DNA from: an uncultured Phycisphaeraceae bacterium
GTDB lineage: Bacteria > Planctomycetota > Phycisphaerae > Phycisphaerales > UBA1924
Assembly: GCA_964576725.1 (NCBI GenBank)
Contig: CAZNUZ010000003.1
Coordinates: 123 to 64,122, forward strand
Length of the DNA: 64,000 nt
Direction: 5' to 3'
Shown here: positions 58,287 through 64,000 of the stretch, one piece after another
How positions within the stretch are numbered: position 1 is the first letter of the stretch
How the letters are laid out: each line of letters begins with the position of its first letter
Notes under the pieces: generated by a model
Seen by the model: only the letters and a program-made list of their open reading frames with translations
The model's database searches: none
What the model was told of the DNA's origin: nothing
Made by a program: the position numbers and the translations under genes

Positions 58287-58859
58287 TTACATCGGCTTGC
58301 CGTCGATCGTCAGGTCGTAGATCGCGAGGAGCTTTTCTTTATCGAGGATGAGCTCCTGGCGGGTGTGGCTCACGAAGTCGTAGACGGGGGTGAGCTCGAT
58401 CGCGTCGACGGGGCAGGCCTCTTCGCACATGCCGCAGAAGATGCAGCGGAGCTCGTCGATCTCGAACTTGGCGGGGTACTTCTCGCGGTCGTCCCAGGGG
58501 CTCTCGGCGGCCTCGATGTGGATGCAGTTGGCCGGGCAGATCGTCGGGCACATCATGCAGGCGACGCACTTCACTCGGCCGTCTTCGTCGCGGTTGAGGC
58601 GGTGCAGGGCGCGGAAGTTGGAGGACTCGAGCCCGCCCTCTTCCACGTCCAGATCCTCCCGGCGTTCTTCGGGGTACTGCAGGACGCGGGTCGTCTTGGA
58701 GGCGCCGAGGACGGGGAGCTTGGACTGGCCGAAGCTGGTGAAGAAGTGGCGGACGGTGGTGCCGAAGCCGCGCACGATCTCGGGGAGGTAGATGCTCTCG
58801 ATCGCGCTCGTCGGGGCGCGTTCCAGGCGGATGATGTCGCTCTCGGGGATGGGCATCGG
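58287..58859 (-). CDS. nuoI: NADH-quinone oxidoreductase subunit I-like 2x[4Fe-4S] protein
   Basis: CVACMMCPTICPANCI and CIFCGMCEEACPVDAIE ferredoxin motifs in a NuoI-like framework. Start trimmed to Met MPIPESD. Confidence 0.8.
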   Translation of the reverse strand, partial: PMPIPESDIIRLERAPTSAIESIYLPEIVRGFGTTVRHFFTSFGQSKLPVLGASKTTRVLQYPEERREDLDVEEGGLESSNFRALHRLNRDEDGRVKCVACMMCPTICPANCIHIEAAESPWDDREKYPAKFEIDELRCIFCGMCEEACPVDAIELTPVYDFVSHTRQELILDKEKLLAIYDLTIDGKPM

Positions 58860-59021
58860 CTCGGGGCCTCTTGTTGGGAACCGGATCTTGGGGGCGCTAG
58901 CTGTCAGTCTACGCGGGCTGGGCGGCGGCTGCGAGGGGCATCGGGCGTGTTGCGGGCCCGCCCGCACACTGCACGCGCGGGCCGGGGGCGGGGGGAAGAG
59001 CGTGCGAGTAAGGCGGCGGGG

Positions 59022-59791
59022 TTACACGGGCCTATCGGTGATCATGGGGCCCGTCTCGCCCTGTTTGATGTAGAGGACGCCGCCGTTCTTGTCGTCGTGA
59101 TCGCCTCGGACGCAGGCGGCGACGAGTGCTGCGACCGACTCGGGTGCGAGGCACGCCTCGGCTGCGACCGCGTCTTCGTCGAAGAGGGAGCGCAGGAGGG
59201 GCGTTTCGACGGCGCCCGGCGCGACGGCGAAGGCCCGCAGCCCGCTGAGCTGGCCCTCCTGGGCCGTCACGAGGGTCATGATGTCGAGTGCTGCCTTCGT
59301 GCCGGCGTAGGCGTAGAAGCCCGGGAAGGGGTCGGCGCCGGCGTAGCTCGAGATGTTGACCACGCAGGGGCGGGAGGCCTGATTGGCGGTCAGGTCGTCC
59401 CACAGCGCGCGCACAACCTCCGCGGGGCCGAAGACGTTGAGCCCGAAGAGCTCGCGCAGCATCTCGGGGGTCGTCTCGGCGATCGTGGCGAGGGGGGCGG
59501 CCCCAGCGTTGTTCACCACAACATCGAACCGGCCCATCGCAGAGCGGGCGGCCTCGATGCAGGCGTTGATCGACCCCGGATCGCTCACATCGCCCGGGAA
59601 GGCCCGCGCGTCGCAGGCGGGGTGCTCCGCCCGCAGCTTGGCGAGGGAGTCCTCAAGGCGCTCGGGCCGGCGAGCGACGAGCGCCAGGCGGAACCCCGCC
59701 CCCGCAAGCGCGTGGCAGGTCGCGACGCCGATACCCGAGGAAGCCCCCGTCACGAGGGCGAGCGGAGCGGGTGGTGCGGAGGGTGTGCTCA
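59022..59791 (-). CDS. SDR-family oxidoreductase
   Basis: LVTGASSGIG, NNAG, YAGTKAA catalytic motif. Start at Met 59789-59791 inside the longer ORF. Confidence 0.85.
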
Positions 59792-60532
59792 TAGCGCGAT
59801 GACTCCGGGCTCTTCGAGCAGCGCACGCAGCTCGGGGGTATCGAGCATCGGGGCGATCATGGCGCCGAAGGCCGCGGAGTCGCGTATGTCCCCGAGCTCT
59901 AGCAGCCCGATGGGGTACTGCAGGTAGCGGACCGTGCCATCTTCGTGCGGGAGAATGAGGACGACGCGCCCACCCGCGAGGTCGAAGAGCTTGATGTTCA
60001 CGATCGCGATGTCGGGCCGGTCGTGGTGCAGGATGGTGAGAAAGTCGTCTCGCCGGTCGCTGGTGGCGATGCGCCCCGCGACGGTGTAGGTCGGGTGGTT
60101 GCGCGAGATGGCCGCCCCGGGCGTGACGACGTCGGCCTCGTCGGGCACGAGCGCATAAATGGTAAAGGTGGTAGCGCCCGGTGCGCCCTCGAACTCGGTG
60201 CCCGCGAAGACGTGCTCGAGGCCCGGCCCGTTGCCGACGAAGGTGGCGAGGCCCACGAATCGGCGGCCCGCGAGGGTGATGTCGCTGGTGAGGTAGCCGT
60301 TGCCGGGGGAGTCGTAGTCGGGGATGGGCGTCTCGTACCACAGCATGGGGAGGGGCCATGTGTGGGGGTTGTCCGGATCGAATTCGGGCATGGAGGCGGG
60401 CCACCCGGGCGTCGGGTTCTGGGCGTCAGCGGTGGTTGCCGCCGCCGGCTGCTGGGGCTCCGGGTCGGTCTGCGTGGTGCTTGAGGCGCAGCCCGCAAGC
60501 AGCAGGGTGAGAACAAGCCAGGGTGTGCGCAC
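59789..60532 (-). CDS. hypothetical lipoprotein (start uncertain, GTG 60532 or upstream ATG)
   Basis: Lipobox LLLAGCASS after a hydrophobic stretch. C-terminus overlaps the SDR start. Confidence 0.45.
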   Translation of the reverse strand: MRTPWLVLTLLLAGCASSTTQTDPEPQQPAAATTADAQNPTPGWPASMPEFDPDNPHTWPLPMLWYETPIPDYDSPGNGYLTSDITLAGRRFVGLATFVGNGPGLEHVFAGTEFEGAPGATTFTIYALVPDEADVVTPGAAISRNHPTYTVAGRIATSDRRDDFLTILHHDRPDIAIVNIKLFDLAGGRVVLILPHEDGTVRYLQYPIGLLELGDIRDSAAFGAMIAPMLDTPELRALLEEPGVIAL

Positions 60533-60575
60533 GATCGGGCCTCCGAGGTGGGGTGTGCCCGCTACCCTAACCGCG

Positions 60576-62285
60576 ATGCGCAGCCTCGACCCCACCAAAG
60601 TCGTCATCGGTCTCGCCATGTTCGTGGTCCTCGGCGTGCCGTTCCTCTTTCGCCCCGACAAGCTGACGGGCGATGAGGCCGATCGCCGGGTAATCATCGT
60701 GACGCCGCACAACGAGCAGATCCGCCGTGAATTCGGCGCGGCCTTCTCCGAGTGGCACGAGCGCGAGTACGGAGAGACGGCGGCTGTGGTCTGGGTGAAC
60801 CCGGGCGGCACCTCCGAGATCCGTCGCCAGCTGCAGGCGGTCTACTCGAAGGCCATCAAAGAGGGGCGCATCCTGCCCGACGGCCGGATGGCCGAGGGCT
60901 CGCGCCCGATGCCGCAAGACCTCTTCTTCGGCGGCGGCTCGTACGAGCACGGCCAGATGAAGCGCGGCGTGACGGTCGCCTTCACCCCGCGCGACGCCGA
61001 TGCCGTCGGCATCTCTATCCACGCGGGCGCCATCCCGGACGACGGCGAGCTGAGCATCGCGCACGACGAGGCCGCGGGCATCGCCCGGCTGTCGAAGGAC
61101 GCGGAGGCGTTCGAGCTCAACATGTCGATCTCGGTGCCTGTGGGCTCGTGGGACGAGGCCCGCCTCGCGCGTGTCTTTGGCGACAACTTCATCGGCCCCG
61201 AGTCGAACCACCTCTACGACCCCGATCGCTTCTGGATCGGCACCGCCCTCTCGGGGTTCGGTGTCGTCTACAACCGCGACGTTCTGGGCGAACTCGGCGT
61301 CGAAGAGCCCGACTCGTGGTGGGACTTCGGCTCGCCCGAGCTGCGCGGGTGGGTCGCCCTCGCGGACCCCCGGCAGTCGGGCTCGGTGGCGACGACCTAC
61401 GACTCGATCCTCAACACCTACGGGTGGGACGACGGGTGGCGCATCCTCCGCGAGATGTGCGCCAACGCCCGCTACTTCTCTAACAGCTCGCCCAAAGTGC
61501 CGCTTGATGTGAGCCAGGGGCAGGCGGCGATCGGCGTGGCGATCGACTTTTACGGGCGCTACCAGGCGCAGGCCGTCATGCAAGAGGGCGAGACGCCCGA
61601 GACGAGCCGCGTCGGGTACGTCGACCCCCCGGGGGCGACCTTCATCGACCCGGACCCGATCTCGCTGCTCCGCGGCGGGCCCGACCCCGAGACCGCCCAG
61701 CGGTTCATCGACTTCGTTCTCACGGACGAGGGGCAAGCGCTGTGGCAGTTCGTGACCAAGGCAGACGGCGCCCCCGCGACCGACCCCGCCGACGCCGACA
61801 CCTGGGGCCCCGAGCGCTTCGAGCTCCGCCGGATGCCCGTGCGGCGGGACTTCATCCGCGCGCACCTGGGGCGGTTTGTCGACGAGGTCGACCCCTTCGA
61901 GATCGCCGCCCCCACCGCGAGCCGGGGCTGGCGATCGAGCGTCGCGCCGATGATGTCGACCTTCGGGATCGATACCCACCGCTTCATGGTCGAGGCGTGG
62001 GACGCCCTCAGCGCGGCCCGGGCGGCGCACGAATCGGGCGCGTTCCCGACGGCTATCCTCGAAGAGATGGAGGGCCTCTTCTACGAGATGCCCACCCACA
62101 CCTTCCCCGACGGGCGGGAGGTGCTCTTCACCCCCGAGTCGTACCGCGAGATCCGCAACGCCTGGCGCGATCCCCGAGAATGGCGCAAGGCCAAGATCGC
62201 CTACACCCTATTCTTCACCGAGCAGTACCGCGCAGTCGTGGCGCTGTGGGACGAACACAAGAGCGCACAGAAGAACGAAGCCTGA
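60576..62285 (+). CDS. extracellular solute-binding protein (ABC transporter substrate-binding, iron/polyamine-type family)
   Basis: N-terminal TM/signal anchor VVIGLAMFVVLGVPFLF, then RVIIVTPHNEQIRREF, typical of family-1 SBPs. 569 aa. Confidence 0.7.
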   Translation: MRSLDPTKVVIGLAMFVVLGVPFLFRPDKLTGDEADRRVIIVTPHNEQIRREFGAAFSEWHEREYGETAAVVWVNPGGTSEIRRQLQAVYSKAIKEGRILPDGRMAEGSRPMPQDLFFGGGSYEHGQMKRGVTVAFTPRDADAVGISIHAGAIPDDGELSIAHDEAAGIARLSKDAEAFELNMSISVPVGSWDEARLARVFGDNFIGPESNHLYDPDRFWIGTALSGFGVVYNRDVLGELGVEEPDSWWDFGSPELRGWVALADPRQSGSVATTYDSILNTYGWDDGWRILREMCANARYFSNSSPKVPLDVSQGQAAIGVAIDFYGRYQAQAVMQEGETPETSRVGYVDPPGATFIDPDPISLLRGGPDPETAQRFIDFVLTDEGQALWQFVTKADGAPATDPADADTWGPERFELRRMPVRRDFIRAHLGRFVDEVDPFEIAAPTASRGWRSSVAPMMSTFGIDTHRFMVEAWDALSAARAAHESGAFPTAILEEMEGLFYEMPTHTFPDGREVLFTPESYREIRNAWRDPREWRKAKIAYTLFFTEQYRAVVALWDEHKSAQKNEA

Positions 62286-62289
62286 GCAC

Positions 62290-63822
62290 ATGAGCCCCAC
62301 TCTCAACCCCCGACACCACAAGCCGGCCCTCACGAAGATCCTCGCGACGCTCGGCCCCGCCTCCGACGACGAGGCCGTGCTCACGCGCATGGTCGAAGCC
62401 GGCGCATCGCTCTTCCGCCTGAACTTCTCGCACGGGTCGTTCGAGGACCACAAGAAGCGGCTCGAGCTCGTCCGCCGGGTGAGCTACAGGCTCAACATCC
62501 CGCTCACCGTTCTGGGCGACCTGCCGGGCCCGAAGCTGCGCGTTGGCACGGTGCCCGATGGCGGGATCATGCTCGAGCAGGGCCAGCAGGTCATCATCCG
62601 TGCGGGCATCGAGGACTCGATCCCCGGCGAGGTGCCTGTGCTCTCTTCGGGGTACGAGAAGATCGCCGAGGAGGTCGAAGAGGGGCACCGCGTGCTCATC
62701 AACGACGGCGCGATCCGCATGCTCGCGGTCGAGGCGAACAAAGACGGGCTGCACTGCCGCGTGACGACGGGCGGCCTGGTCACGACGCGCAAGGGCATCA
62801 ACCTGCCCGACTCCGATCTCTCGGTGCCCGCCGTCACCGAGCGCGACTGGGAGATCGTCGAGTGGGCCGTCGAGAACCACCTCGACTTCCTCGCGCTCAG
62901 CTTCGTGCGCAAGGCCGACGAGGTCCTCATGCTCAAGCGTGGCCTCGCCTCCCGCTGCACCGACGAGAGCTGCGGCACGGGCATGTCCGCCTCGCTCTCG
63001 GACCCCGCGATCCCCGTCATCGCCAAGATCGAGACGCCCCAGGCGGTCGACCGCATGGAGGCGATCATCGAGGCCGCCGACGGCATCATGGTCGCCCGCG
63101 GCGACCTCGGCGTGGAGATGGACGTCGCCGAGGTGCCCATCGTTCAGAAGCGCCTCGTCGCTGCGTGCCACAAGGTCGGCAAGCCTTGCATCGTCGCCAC
63201 GCAGATGCTCGAGTCGATGATCACAGCGCCGGTGCCGACCCGCGCGGAAGTGTCCGACGTGGCGCAGGCCATCTATGAAGGGGCCGATGCGGTGATGCTG
63301 TCTGCGGAGTCAGCCGCAGGCGACTACCCGGTCGAGGCCGTGACGACGATGAATGACATCGCGATCGAGATCGAGCAGGACAAACATTACCGCCAGATCA
63401 TCGAAGCCTCCCGCACGCAGGCCGGAAATGGCATCAGCGACGCGATCACTGTCGCTGCGCGTGAGGTCGCGGAAACCATAGACGTGCAGGCCATCTGTAC
63501 CTTCACCCAAAGCGGCACCACCGCGATGCTGGCCGCGCGCGAACGCCCGCGCGTGCCGATCATCGCGCTCACGCCCATCACCGACACCGCGCGGCGGCTG
63601 ATGCTCGTGTGGGGTTTGCATTGTGTGGTGATCCCGTCTGTGGACCGGTTCAAATTTGCCGTGGTCAGTGCCGCGCGCGCGGCCAAGGCCGAAGGCTTCG
63701 CCACGGATGAGGACCGGATCATCGTGACCGCCGGTGTGCCGTTCAACCAGCCCGGCTCGACCAACATCTTGCGGGTTGCCCCCTGCCGGGAGAAGGATAT
63801 CTTCGAGGGCGAACGGGCATAA
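62290..63822 (+). CDS. pyk: pyruvate kinase
   Basis: KILATLGPAS, MVARGDLGVE, and the overall PK domain order with a C-terminal allosteric domain. Confidence 0.93.
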   Translation: MSPTLNPRHHKPALTKILATLGPASDDEAVLTRMVEAGASLFRLNFSHGSFEDHKKRLELVRRVSYRLNIPLTVLGDLPGPKLRVGTVPDGGIMLEQGQQVIIRAGIEDSIPGEVPVLSSGYEKIAEEVEEGHRVLINDGAIRMLAVEANKDGLHCRVTTGGLVTTRKGINLPDSDLSVPAVTERDWEIVEWAVENHLDFLALSFVRKADEVLMLKRGLASRCTDESCGTGMSASLSDPAIPVIAKIETPQAVDRMEAIIEAADGIMVARGDLGVEMDVAEVPIVQKRLVAACHKVGKPCIVATQMLESMITAPVPTRAEVSDVAQAIYEGADAVMLSAESAAGDYPVEAVTTMNDIAIEIEQDKHYRQIIEASRTQAGNGISDAITVAAREVAETIDVQAICTFTQSGTTAMLAARERPRVPIIALTPITDTARRLMLVWGLHCVVIPSVDRFKFAVVSAARAAKAEGFATDEDRIIVTAGVPFNQPGSTNILRVAPCREKDIFEGERA

Positions 63823-63835
63823 AGGCCACCCATCC

Positions 63836-64000
63836 ATGTCGGACGGCACATTATCATTGCTGGGCGTGTTCGGGGTACTCTGTATCCTGAGCATCCTGCG
63901 CGTGGGCATGGCTGTCATCGCGGACAGGCATCTGCTGCGGGCTGTTGGGTGGATGTGGGTCACTTTCAGTGTCGGGCTCTATGCCGAGCTTACCTCGCCC
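63836..64000 (+). CDS. N-terminal fragment of a hypothetical membrane protein (continues beyond window)
   Basis: MSDGTLSLLGVFGVLCILSILRVGMAVIADRHLLRAVGWMWVTFSVGLYAELTSP. Open to the window end. Confidence 0.3.
   Translation, partial: MSDGTLSLLGVFGVLCILSILRVGMAVIADRHLLRAVGWMWVTFSVGLYAELTSP

Noticed and set aside
58239-59927. 562-aa plus-strand ORF
   Set aside because: Antisense to nuoI and an SDR gene with clear cofactor motifs. Compositionally biased.

Overview
Very GC-rich (about 68-72% background) bacterial chromosomal segment with a dense housekeeping backbone, two secreted proteins with C-terminal PEP-CTERM-like sorting signals, many zinc-ribbon membrane proteins and EF-hand/dockerin-like repeats. 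That combination suggests a Planctomycetota/Verrucomicrobiota-like organism, but this is inference. Housekeeping genes recognised by conserved motifs: rpmE, prfA, fused aroD-aroE, purM, nadD, dnaA, rpmA, hemW, purA, fumC/aspA-family lyase, gap, nnr dehydratase, pdxA, lptB, nuoI, pyk. dnaA is present and a cluster of DnaA-box-like 9-mers lies directly upstream of it, so the window probably spans the replication origin region. The clearest accessory region is a low-GC island at about 4.0-6.8 kb encoding a 716-aa orphan secreted protein. It is bracketed by two PEP-CTERM-type proteins and followed by a NucS-like PD-(D/E)xK nuclease-domain protein and a tRNA-Asn(GTT). A second gene set worth follow-up is a minus-strand operon of two hot-dog (FabZ-like) dehydratases, an extended acyl carrier protein and a zinc-ribbon membrane protein. 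Next to it on the plus strand is a paralogous double zinc-ribbon membrane protein; the two share an unusual C-x2-C-G-Y-[PD]-x(7-8)-C-P-E-C motif. Several signalling modules are present: a hybrid HK, Hpt plus REC-GGDEF, and an ECF sigma / HK / REC-HTH_XRE operon. No CRISPR array, transposase or integrase was seen. Many long ORFs in the six-frame track are antisense artefacts of the high GC content and were not called.
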